A DNA stretch of 55,202 bases, the filler included, from Jimgerdemannia flammicorona (taxonomy: Eukaryota): the NCBI GenBank assembly GCA_003990765.1. It is 3 parts of 3 records of this genome, joined end to end, with 100 filler letters (N's around TTAATTAATTAA, not from the genome) between each part and the next. Parts side by side here need not be neighbours in the genome. Positions count along the whole stretch, not along the records: positions 18,437 to 36,770 come from RBNJ01002234.1; positions 36,871 to 55,202 come from RBNJ01002235.1; 1 more part is not named here. One strand, 5' to 3'. The notes below the pieces were generated by a model. It did no database searches, was not told the origin of the DNA, and saw nothing but the letters and a program-made list of their open reading frames with translations. Below, piece by piece: positions 26,045-37,906 of the stretch. How positions within the stretch are numbered: position 1 is the stretch's first letter; the number at the start of each line of letters is the position of its first letter. Both the position numbers and the translations under genes were made by a program.

Positions 26045-29000
26045 TCAGCCTATACCTTCTTTCCACCTCACCCCCTTCTCACCAAGTATGAGGTGCTCCT
26101 GACTCCTCTGAATAATGTCTAACACCTTCCTCATGGCCCCCAACTGGTGCCTCTTTCCCTGATACCACCACCCTTGCACCACTTCCAAGAGTAACCCCTT
26201 CCACCGCTCCACCAATTCTCCAATTCCCATCCAAGGATCTCTCTTGAACACCCATCACCAGTGCACTGCCATCAGTACCCAGATGCCAATAATCCGACCC
26301 AGGCCTCCCCAGATGTCCCCAATTTCTCCCACCAGTCAACGCTTGATCACCCGACAAGTGGGGCCCCCTGCCTGCTCACTCTCTACTCCCCAATAACCTT
26401 CTAATGTCTGCCAAAATCCTTCAACCCCTGGACAATCTGCCAGAACATGCTCCAGTGTCTGCACTACTCCCCCATCCAGCTCACAACACCACTCACATTC
26501 CTTTACACCTTCATCCACCATCCACCCCATCCTGTACCCCAGCATGACATTCCTCCACAGAAATCACCACCATACCACCCAGAACTTTGGTGGGGCAATC
26601 TTAAGTAGAGAGGTCCCCCAACTCCAAATCTGGCCCCACTCCCACTCTTCTCCAAACCCAGCCTTCTACCAACCAACTGGCCACCTCTTGCATGGTCCTG
26701 TCCAGATCCACTCCATTGCCCCAGTTAAAGAGTATTCTACCAACAAATGGCCACCAATATGAATCACACCAAATTGCCACCATTGCTGTTCAGGGTTCTC
26801 CTCTTCTCCACCAGGCTTCGGGCCCATAAGTCCCATTGCTAGCCAAGCTTCTACAATACCCCACCAGAATCCCCGATATCGCAACCTGCCAATCTTTCCA
26901 ACCTGGAGCAAACCTCGCATATCCTTCCGAACCTCACTCCGGGGGCAGAACCTAACTTCTCAATTGTCCATAGCCAGTTTGCTCCAACCCTCACCTCCTA
27001 ATTCTGCCATTTGACAACCCCACCAGCCCTGCAGTACCTTCAGCTGCCTTCTAAAGTCCACCAGCCCCAGACCTCCATCTATCTTTGGCATCACCATTAT
27101 CTCCCAACTAATCTGTGATCTCCTTCTCTGCCATAGCCATCCTTTGACCACCTTCTTCAGTTTCTGTACCACCCACCCTGGAAAGTCCAGGTGGTACCCC
27201 AAGTACTACAGCTTCGGCAACCAATATACATTCAAGACTACAATCCTCCCAACCAAAGAGAATCCCCTCCCAGACCAGCCCACCAAGGCATTCTCCAACT
27301 TCTGTATCAATTCACACCACCACTCTTTCGGCAGCACTGTCCCATATACTGAGAACCAGATACCCAAATATTGGACTGCCTCCCCAGAACCAACTAATTG
27401 TCCAAAATGTCCATGCTCCCCCAAGCCAGTGCCAAGCTCCATAGTCTCACACTTGCCCCAGTTCAGCTTCACCCCTGCCAGCATCTCATACTATCCTACC
27501 CCTTCCTGCAAGCTCGCTACATCTTCCACACTGCCTAACCCTACCACTATGTCATCCACAAAGGCCCCCAGCTTCCAGACCACCTCCCCCATCTTCAACC
27601 CAGTAAGCCTCCCCTTCAGCCATGCTAACAAGGGCTCCAAAGATAAAATATAAAGCAGGGGCGAAAGAGGATCCCCCTGTGGCACACCTTGCCCTAAGAA
27701 AAACTCCAGGCCACTCCACCCATTCATCAACATTACAGCCCAGCAACCTTGCACCAGATCCATCAGTTTTTGAGCCTCCTCCATGCCAAACCTGGCCTTC
27801 CATAGAACTGCCTCCAAGTAGTTCCACCTCACCCTGTCATACGCCTTTTTCTGATCCAAGAACACTATTCTTCCATCTACTTGCCAGCTTCTACAACCCT
27901 CCAAAACATTTTGCACCCAGGCTGTGCTGTCTCAAATCTGTCTCCCCTTCACAAACCCTCGCTGTTCATCACCAACCAATCTGCCAATCCATTGTTGCAT
28001 TCTCCCTGCCAGAATCTTGGAGACCAACTTCCTATCCACATTCAGTAACATGATGGGCCTCCAGTTCTGCCACACACGTCTGTCCCCTTTCTCCTTGTAG
28101 AGCAGCAAGACTAGCCCCAAGAAGCCATTACCAATCCAGCAGCCTTCCCCCAGTGTAAAGTTTGCCATTTCCATGAGCCATACCCCAAACTCAGTTTGAA
28201 ACTCCTTTCAGAACTCCCAGGGCAGTCCATCCTCCCCTGGTGACAAGCCCACCTGCACTTTCCTCAGAACCTCCAACACCTCTTCAAGGGTCACCCTACC
28301 CATTACTGTCCCACCAATTGCAGGCTCTGCCACTACTGGCCAGCTGCCAACCAAATTGTTGTTATCCTCCAGTGCTGCCTCTCCCTCCACCAGCCCTCCA
28401 TCATCCTGCCATAGGGAGCACCATCTACCAGAGATCTTCCCAAGCATGTCCGTGATATCTGTCACCTCTGTTCCATCCTCTCGCAACACTGAAGCCCAGC
28501 TGTGCCACACCCTCCTGGCCTTCAATATTCTGGATAAGTATTTGGTGGGTTGCTCTCCTTCTTCCAACCACTTTACTCACAATCTTACCAGCAACCCATC
28601 TACCACCCTATCTTCTGCTGCCTTCAAATCTGACCGCAACTCAGCCACCTCCTTGATCAACAGGGAGCGTCGATCCCCTGGGGCATTCTCTCCTTCCAGA
28701 AGTTTTAGTCACCAGTGAAGCCCCTGCTCCACTCTCTTTTCTCTATCCTTCTGCTCCCTTCCAGCTACCTCCCCTATGTCATGCCAATATGCACCTGCTA
28801 GATGTTTAAATTTCCCCCACCACTGTGCTATTGACTGGCCACTGTTCTTCCACCATGCTACTTCCTGTCCTGCGATTGTAACAAACTTGTCCTGCTCTAC
28901 CTGTCGCTTGAGTAGTGCCACATTAAGTCGCCATCTTCCTCTGCCACTACTGGCTGCCTGGAATCTCCCACACACCTCTACACCCCAGTGATCTGACCAG

Positions 29001-29680
29001 GGACACCACCATACCTCTGACGAATCCAAAATATTACCCCAGTGTTCTGCTACCAGGATCCAGTCAATCCTCATCCCAACCAAATTCTCACCAATTGGAT
29101 GCCACCTAGTAAATGGCCCTGACTTCTCACCTCGATGTTGTCATACTCCATCAACTAATCCCATTTCCTTCTCAGCTTGAAGCCATCATGAGAGCCCAGT
29201 GGAAACTGCTACACCGACTCCACCATCCGACCTATCTAATGTCCTATCATGCACCATGTTGAAGTCCCCTCTCGGCATATCTAGCCCAATCTCATCTCGG
29301 CCTCCCCAATCCAGCCAACCTTCCACCCATTGGTTTCACTCTCTGCCAACTGCTGGCAGATACACTGAGCCAACCACCAATCCATCACCAGCTCCTTCTT
29401 TCAATCTCCCCCAGACCAATCGATCACTATATATCTCAACCTCCTTTAGCTCTCCTCTCCCCAAGCCAACCAAGATGCCCACCTGCTCATTCCACCCTGT
29501 ACTACCATACCATTCCTTGCTCCACTCCTCATAATCTTGCTCCCCATAGGCCCAAATGTCCTGCAGAAATACCACATCATACCTCCTATTCTTCAGCTAC
29601 TGAAACAGACACCTTCACTTCACTCCATCATGCAAACCATTGACATTTAGTGATAATATACGTAGACTGTTCATCATCAT
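26045..29680 (-). pseudogene. LINE ORF2 (AP endonuclease + reverse transcriptase + C-terminal Cys/His finger) with many stops
   Basis: LSLNVNG, VFLQD, DFN, RIDWI..SDH, SPGEDGLP, NWRPI.LLNVD.K, LDQ.KAYDRV, GVPQGDPLSPLLY, AFVDD, YLGI, CEWC..TLEHVL..C. Confidence 0.92.
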
Positions 29681-29692
29681 GAATATAAATAT

Positions 29693-31384
29693 TTAAAGCT
29701 CAGCTGGAGTTGCCACCACCTTTTCAGCCCTACCACAGATTATTGCCTTCCATTCCTTGCAGATAGCCCTCCAGATGCAGGCTCCATTCACACCACTGCA
29801 GAAGGCATCCACCTGCTCTGATGCCACCCTTCTGATATCGGCCATATGGTCCTCATCTATCTCATATTCTTCATCATCCAGAAGTGCTGCCACCATCGCT
29901 GTCACCAACTTCAGCCCCTGTAATACCACATTGAGGAACTCTTCCCAGGCCTCCTGCGATCCATTAAATACATCCACTTCCTTGATATCCTCCTCTGCAA
30001 GTTCCTCGAGTACTGCCTGATACCAGTCATCCGCTGTCATCACCATGGGCCCAGGAGTGGCTGGCCTTGGGGTCCTGCTCAGCTCCTGCAGCATTTCTCT
30101 ATCCACCAACACATTAGAAGCCACATCCACCAGGTCATCCTCCTCAGTACCCTTCTCCAGCCGAACTACTTTGCCTGCTTCTGGGCATTCCCAATGAACA
30201 TTTGCTGCTCCCGCCATGTGAACATCCTCCAACTGGGTCTCCGGTACCACCTCAACAGCCTCCTCAAAGCCCCCAGTGTTCGCCTCCTCCTTATCAGCCC
30301 ACTTCCCCTTTACTGGTACATGAGTAGAGTTCTCCACTCCCCCTAGTTGTGAAAAGGATACCTCAGCCATCTCCACCTCTTCCATCTGATTTTTGGCCAT
30401 CTCTACTCTTTCCTTTTCCTCCTTTTCTGAGCCCTGGAGGACCATCTGCAGGTGCTCCCAGTTTGCCCTTCACCACCTCTTCCTCCTCCCATCTGTCAGG
30501 ATCCAGATCCAGTCCTTGGCAAACTCCTCCCATCTCCTCTTCCGCAATTCCTTCACAGCCTCTCTCTCTTCTAGAGCAACTAGCAATTCCTCCTCCTCCT
30601 GTTCAGAACCCTTCCTTCTCCACACTTTGCACTCCTGCCCTCCAATATGAATCACTTCTGGCTAGTCCCTCCCTAGCCCTGTGGCCTCCTTGCCCTCCAG
30701 TCTCACCATCACCTCGCAATTGCCATTCCTCAGCTTGGTCCCCTCCCAGAACATGAATCCGAAGTCAACCATCTCGCCAAATGCCCCCAGTGCCTCCACC
30801 ACCATTCCTTTGGTCTCCTGTCTCCCCAATGTTGGCAGCCCTTCAACCACCAGTTACACTGCCCATGGGTCCCACCTCAGGCATCTCGCCATGCTGACCT
30901 TAATGCTCTTTATGACCAGCTCCTTCTCCAGGGCCTTCACCATCTCCTCCTCCTTAACAAATCCTATCTCAACCACCTCTGCCGATGCGATAAACTTCAG
31001 TGACTCTGCCCCTGCAATCTCCTCCCCCACTAGCCACAAGACTTCTCTAGCAGACATCTCCAGCTCTAAAAAATTCGCTGAAATGGCCCACGTCGATACC
31101 GACTTGTGGAAGAAGGGATGCACCACCAGTTCACCAGAACCTGCTGCCATCATTGTCTTCTTCTTGTTCTCCGACACTCCAGCAGTCACCCCAGCCACTG
31201 GCCCAGCCCCAGGAATACCAGTCCCAGCCACACCACTTCCGGACCCCTGGCCCCTAGTAGGCACCTGACCTGTCACCTGACCAGTCACCTGACTGGTCAC
31301 CTGACCCCTACCCCTGTCAACACCATGTCCCCCCTGCCCTACCCCCATGGGCCTGGCAGCTGCCCTCTTGCCCCCCATTACCAT
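29693..31384 (-). pseudogene. LINE ORF1 (nucleic-acid chaperone-like), interrupted by in-frame stops near 30854 and 30662
   Basis: Collinear same-frame ORF pieces 31384-30854, 30850-30662, 30655-30470, then 30445-29693, directly upstream of ORF2. Confidence 0.75.
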
Positions 31385-31421
31385 GAGCCAACTCTCAATG
31401 CCAGCCTGCCTTCCCTGACCA

Positions 31422-31423
<2 letters not shown>

Positions 31424-31459
<36 letters not shown>

Positions 31460-34403
31460 GTTGCTTGGACTCCTTTATTCCACTAGTCTAAAGAATAACA
31501 CTAGCCATGTATCTCTACGATTACCTTAGAACTACAATGAACCCAATCCATAACTACTTATAATAATACAAAGAAGGGCCATTCAGTCCACACCTTCCTT
31601 CCACCTCACCCCCTTCTCACCAAGTATAAGGTGCTCCTGACTTCTCTGAACAATGTCTAACACCTTCTTCATGGCCCCCAACTGGTGCCTCTTCCCCTGA
31701 TACTACCACTCTTGCACCACTTCTAAGAGTAACCCCTTCCACTACTCCACCAATTCTCCAATTCCCATCCAGAGATCCCTCTCGAACACCCATCGCCAGT
31801 GCACTGCCATCAGCACCCAGACACTGATAATCCGACCCAGGCCTCCCCAGATGTCCCCAATTTCTCCCACCAGTTGACACTTAATCACCCGACAAGTGGG
31901 GCCCCCTGCCTGCTCACTCTCTTCCCCCCAATAACCTTCCAATATCTGCCAAAATCCTTCAACCCCTGGACAAGTTGCCAGAATATACTCCAGAGTCTGC
32001 ACTACTATCCCATCTAGCTCGCAACACCACTCACATTTCCTTACACCTTCTTCCACCATCCACCCCGTCCTGTACCCCAGCATGATATTCCTCTGCAGGA
32101 ATCGCCACCATACCATCCAGAACTTGGGTGGGGCAATCTTGAGTAGTGAGGTCCCCCAACCCCAAACCCAACCCCATTCCCATTCTTCTCCAAACCCAGC
32201 CTTCTGCCAACCAACCGGCCACCTCTCAAGTGGACCTGTCCAGATCCATTCCATCACCCCAGACAAAGAGTATTCCACCAATGGGTGGCCACCAATACAG
32301 ATTACACCAAATTGCCACCATTGCTGTCCTGGGTCCTCCTCTTCTTTGCTAGGTTCTGGGCCCATGAGTCCCATTGCTAGCCAAGCTTCTACAATACCCC
32401 ACCAGAATTCCCTATAACGCAACCTGCCAACCCTTCCAACTTGGAGCAAACCTTGCATGTCCTTCTGAACCTCGCTCTGGGGGCAGAACCGAACTTTCCA
32501 GTTGTCCATAGCTAGTTTGCTCCAACCCTCCCCTCCTAATTCTGCTATTCAACAACCCCACCAGCCTCGAAGTACCTTCAGCTGCCTTCTGAAGTCCACC
32601 AGCCCCAGACCTCCATCTGCCTTCAGCATCACCACAATCTCCCAACTAATCTGTGATCTCCTTCCCTGCCACAGCCATCCTTCGACCACCTTCTTCAGTT
32701 TCTGTACCACCCACCCTGGAAAGTCCAGGTGGTACCCCAAGTACCACAGCTTTGGTAACCAATATACATTCAAAACTATAATCCTCCCAACCAAGGAGAA
32801 GCCCCTCTCAGACCAGCCCACTAAGGCATTCTCCCACTTCTGTATCAATCCACACCACCACTCTTTTGGCAGTACTGTCTCATAAACTGAGAACCAGATA
32901 CCCAGATATTGAACTGCTTCCCCAGGACTAACCAATTGTTCAAAATGTCCAAGCTCCCCCAATCCAGCTCTAAGCTCCATGGTCTCGCACTTGCCCCAGT
33001 TCAGTTTCGCTCCTGCCAGTATCTCATACTGTCCTACCCCTTCCTACAAGCTTGCCACATCTTCCACACTGCCTAACCCTACTACCATATCATCTACAAA
33101 GGCCCCCAACTTCCAGACCACATCCCCCTTCTTCAATCCGGTAAGCCTCCCCTTCAACCATGCCAACAAGGGCTCCAAAGATAAAATATAAAGCAGGGGT
33201 GAGAGAGGATCCCCCTGTGGCACACCTCACCCTAAGAGGAACTCCAGGCCACTCCACTCATTCATCAACACTATAGCCCGGCAACCTCGCATCAGACCCA
33301 TCAGCTTTCGAGTCTCCCCCATGCCAAACCCGGCCTTCCGTAGAACCACCTCCAAGTAGTTCCACCGCACCCTGTTGTAAGCCTTTTCCTGGTCCAAGAA
33401 CACCATCCTTCCATCCACTCACCGGCTTTGACAACCTTCCAAAACATTTTGCACCTAGGCTGTACTGTCTCTAATCTATCTCCCCTTCACAAACCCTCGC
33501 TGTTCATCACCCACCAATCGGCCAATCCATTGTTGCATTCTCCCTGCCAGAATCTTGGAGACCAACTTCCTATCCACATTCAGTAACATGATGGGTCTCC
33601 AGTTCTGCCACACACATCTGTCCCCTTTCTCCTTATAGAGCAGAGAGACCAGCCCTAGAGAACCATTGCCAATCCAGCATCCTTCCCCCAGTGTAAAGTT
33701 CGCCATTTCCACGAGCCATGCCCCAAACTCAGTTTGAAACTCCTTCCAGAACTCCCAAGGCAGTCCATCCTCCCCTGGCAATGAACCAGTCTATGCTTTC
33801 CTCAGAACCTCCAACACTTCTTCAAGGGACACCCTACCCATTACTGCCCCACCAATTGTCGGCTCTGCCACCACTGGCCAGCTGCCAACCAAATTGTTAT
33901 TGTCCTCCAGTGCTGCCTCTCCCTCCACCAGCCCTCCATCATCCTGCCATAGGGTGCACCATTGACTAGAAACCTCCCCAAGCATATCTGTGATATCAGT
34001 CACCTCAGTTCCATCCTCTCACAACACTGAAGCCCAGCTGTACTGCACCCTCCTGGCCTTCAAGATTCTGGACAAGTATTTGGTGGGTCACTCTCCTTCT
34101 TCCAACTGCTTTGCTCACAATCTTGCCAGCAACCCATCTACCACCCTATCTTCTGCAGCCTTCAAATCTGACCACAACTCTGCCATCTCCTTGATCAACA
34201 GGAAGCATTGTTTCCCTGAGGAGTTCCCTCCCACTAAAAGTCACAGCCGCCAGTGCAGCCCCTGCTCTACTCTCCTCTCTCTATCCTTCTGCTCCCTTCT
34301 GGCTACCTCTCCTACATCATGCCAATATGCACCTGCCAGATGTTTAAATTTCCCCCACCACTGTGCTATCGACTGGCTACTGTTCTTCCACTGTGCCACT
34401 TCC
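31424..34403 (-). mobile_element. Second copy of the same LINE family (3' ~3 kb: RT to poly(A)), cut off by an insertion at 34404
   Basis: T-run 31424-31456, then sequence collinear with 25918-28866; same RT motifs with independent stops. Confidence 0.92.
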
Positions 34404-36770
34404 TGTAAGCACACAACCTCCAAGCCACCGAAATTATATGTCACCCTCTGAACAAAGCCACTGAAATCATACGTGACCTTCGAACAAATCTGGAAATCAC
34501 CTGCTTGATTACGAAGCTGAGTCAAACCGAAGTCACAGCACACAAAGCTGAGTCAATACGAAGTCATGGAACACAAGATCTACACAAACAGAACATTACC
34601 AATCAGGACCAAATGTATATATACTGAGCACCGAGACACATCAAATCAGAGAATCAAAACAAACAATAACTACAACTTCCAAACACACAAACATGACCAC
34701 TGAGATCTACAACCGCATCCGTGCTGACATTTGGAATGCCATTGTCAACCGAGCCACACCCCCTCTGCCCCTCATGAATATCCGTAGCCTGGCACCCCTC
34801 TACTTTGTGGAAGCCCAATGGAACACCCTGAACATGCTTAGCGAGGCCCACCGAATAGGACAAATCTCAAGCTACTACCAGATCGGCCGCCTCCTAGAAG
34901 ACATGGTTGAACACCACCATGATACAGATATTACCCAGATGTCTCAACACCAGAAGCTCATTGCCCACAAACATCGAGATCTCTTCTACGAGTACAATAC
35001 CTTTATTCCCCGCCTCCGAGTTACTACCAGCAAAATGGTTGCTACTCTGTCCTATGGCCAAATCGATGACATGATACAAGAAATCAACCACAAGTATCTC
35101 GAATACATCCAGACCACAGATAGAACCTTCCCGCACCCCAATGACCATATCCTGCAAATGCCTCAAGTTGGATATACTATGAAGGATGACTACGATATAA
35201 TCCACTTCGATGAAGACGAAGCAGAAGACAATGATCCCTCTGATGCTGACATGACCTCTAGCCAAGGATCTCTGCCAACTCTGATCACTCCGCCAACCTT
35301 ACCGATGAACTTGCAACAGTTCATAACTGCATACGAGACTTATTGGGACAATGACCACTGGCATGAATACCAACCCGCATTCACCCCTGACTACTTCAAC
35401 TACAATGAAGAGACTGGAGAACACAACCTGTACCTTCAGACAATCCTCGAGATTGAACCAACCACTCCACCACCTGAGTACGAGCGACTTGAACCACAGC
35501 CGCCAGCTTACTACAACCCCGTGACTCATAGTGCTGTAACCTATAGAAGGTATGCAGACAGTGAATCCGATGAAAGTGAAGACAGTACACCCATCCTTCG
35601 CCCACCAACACCTTATCCAGCATATGAAACAGACAATGCTATCCTGTGGGATGGAGATGAAGTCCCAATGTATTACTACCTCAGCCAACAAGGAGAAGTA
35701 ATCCGTGAACCACTCTTCCTAGATGACTACTTCATTAGAGATGATGCAATCGATAGTAATGTCATCGAAGACTACCCAGATAGTGCCTAAACCTATAAAT
35801 AGTCTGGCAGTCATAGTATAGATAGATTAGTCTTGTACGACGTGACTGTGAACTGACTCAGCAGTCAGATGATCTCTTGACATGTCAGATCACACTTGTA
35901 CTACGTGACTGCATTCTGACTCAGCAAGGCACTTAGTGCTACATCCACATTTAGCATAGTCCAGATAGCCCCTCACTAGTATAAATACCCCCTCCCCCAG
36001 ACCTCAGAATCTCAGACTCAAACAGACTTGAACAATCCGAACACAACTCCTGAGCACTTCCCCACAATACTCCTTCACACAACTACTCCTAGTATAGCAA
36101 TATCATGAATAGCAAATAAACCTATTCCATAACCCACAAACCACTCTTAAGTAAATCCGCTCTCTGTTAGGTCCTACTCCTAACCCTGTTATGAAATTTC
36201 CTAATTGGGTATTGTCTGCAGCAATATGCCAATTCGACTAAGCTGGTCTTAGTTTCTTGAACTTCCTGAAATACGGAAAATCCTGAACATCCAGAACTAG
36301 TCCGGAAAAGGACTTTGGTTGAGACGTCAACCCAATCTTGAAATCAATAAGCGTAGAGGACGTACTCCATACGAAATTGATCTTGACTATAAGAAAATGG
36401 TCTTCCAGAATATCCAGAACTTCCAGAAAACCCTTCCAGAACTACGTAATGGTCACCCTAAAAAGTAACCCTCTTACAACTTGGTAGCAGCGATTTACAA
36501 TCCAATTCCGCTTCAAGACACTTCCTCACTCTGCTACAAACCCTTTTGCGAATTCCTACAAGTTGGTATAAAGCCCAACCTCTGAACTGGAATTTATCTG
36601 AACAATCTGACAATCTGGAGAGAATTGAACCTGACGTACAAGGACAATTTGACCTCCACACCTGCAACAAGTGGGATAAACTTCATTCAAAGAAAGAAGT
36701 ACTCAAGTTAAACCAGCAAATAGGCGAAACCCTATTCACCAAACTCCTTGCACTACACCCAGCAAGTCAA
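34404..36770 (+). mobile_element. TG-initiated LTR-like insertion into LINE copy 2; a second element may start at TGTTATG ~36187; runs off the contig
   Basis: LINE homology (copy 1 CTTCCTGTCC) stops at CTTCC|TGTAAG; short enhancer-like repeats, TATA boxes at 34616 and 35980, AATAAA at 36115. Confidence 0.5.
34693..35790 (+). CDS. Intact intronless 365-aa orphan protein inside the insertion (predicted helical N-half, acidic Pro/Tyr-rich C-half)
   Basis: Uninterrupted ORF among stop-riddled repeats, TATATATA ~75 bp upstream, ACAAACATG start context. Confidence 0.65.
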   Translation: MTTEIYNRIRADIWNAIVNRATPPLPLMNIRSLAPLYFVEAQWNTLNMLSEAHRIGQISSYYQIGRLLEDMVEHHHDTDITQMSQHQKLIAHKHRDLFYEYNTFIPRLRVTTSKMVATLSYGQIDDMIQEINHKYLEYIQTTDRTFPHPNDHILQMPQVGYTMKDDYDIIHFDEDEAEDNDPSDADMTSSQGSLPTLITPPTLPMNLQQFITAYETYWDNDHWHEYQPAFTPDYFNYNEETGEHNLYLQTILEIEPTTPPPEYERLEPQPPAYYNPVTHSAVTYRRYADSESDESEDSTPILRPPTPYPAYETDNAILWDGDEVPMYYYLSQQGEVIREPLFLDDYFIRDDAIDSNVIEDYPDSA

Positions 36771-36870
36771 NNNNNNNNNNNNNNNNNNNNNNNNNNNNNN
36801 NNNNNNNNNNNNNNTTAATTAATTAANNNNNNNNNNNNNNNNNNNNNNNNNNNNNNNNNNNNNNNNNNNN
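36771..36870. other. Artificial contig linker (N44-TTAATTAATTAA-N44)
   Basis: Identical to the linker at 18337. Confidence 0.97.
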
Positions 36871-37906
36871 TTTGTTTAAAAACAATTTTTTTTTTTTTGT
36901 AAAATTTTTATCAAAGGTAGAATTATTATATAAAAAATTATTGGTAATTTTTTTTTTAAAAGCTATTATGATTTTAAAAGTTATAAACTTTTAAAATCTT
37001 GCCTCTAAATATAGGTGCAAAACAGTCAAAGGGATAGGAATACCCCTATACATCTGCAGTCTTCTACTTAGAGATTTTTCTTTTTTTTCTTGATTTGGAA
37101 GTTTCCAGTAATTCTTGAAAATATAAGGTGCAATTTTCTTGCCTTGTCCTTGTTTCAGAATGCTTCTGATGGTACTATAGTTTTTCGGTTCCATAGTGGA
37201 TTTGATGTAAATTAGTCTCATATTTATATATTTATTCGTATGCCAGTAGAACATCAGTCACATGCTGAAGCGAAATGTTGCGTCACTTGAAGCAATAAAA
37301 AAAATTTTCACGTTTTTGTGTTAACTTTCTCCCTTATCACGCGCGTTGGTATTATGACGGAAAACCTTTAAAAAATGTAAGGTGCTGAATAAAATACTCA
37401 ACATACGCGTTACCATATTATTAACACCTGTTTTTTTTAAAATGGGGAAGGGGTCCATGTCCAAGGCGTTCAAATATGTCAATCACAACAAATAGATTTT
37501 TCCACGTGACAGTATCATCTTACGTCACACGTTTGCCAGCTTTGTATGTAAACACGAAAAATTATTTACTCAACTCTCTTTTTTTCCACAACTTCAACAC
37601 TCGAGGTTCGTGAGCTCTTTTTTATCTGAGATTTATTTTTGTTTCTTGAAGGCTAGGCCGAGTTTCTCCTGAGCGTCGCGTCGCTTGGGTCCTTTATCTT
37701 TGGTTGCGTCCAAAGATGTCATACTTGCAAGGCTAGGTTGCGTCCGAATTTTTCTCCGGTCGAGTCCGGAGAAGCGCCTCTGCTTTATGTCTTAATTCCT
37801 GAGCGTCGCGTCGTTCGGGTGTCCTTTGTTGCATCTAAAGATGTTACGGCGTTTTGCCTTTTTTTAGAAGTCCCTGAAATCAACCAAAATAAAAGAGGTT
37901 TGAACC

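Larger units (their letters stand above)
25892..31423 (-). mobile_element. Near-full-length L1/Tx1-clade LINE, copy 1 (inactive)
   Basis: Poly(A) tail (T-run from 25892), ~130-bp 3' UTR, ORF2 APE-RT-zinc finger, upstream ORF1. Confidence 0.92.

Noticed and set aside
18337..36870. TTAATTAATTAA palindromes inside N runs as biological sites
   Set aside because: Identical 100-bp synthetic linkers with six-frame stops; an assembly artefact
36991..37254. Possible transposase/integrase fragment
   Set aside because: Short, at a contig edge, no catalytic motif visible
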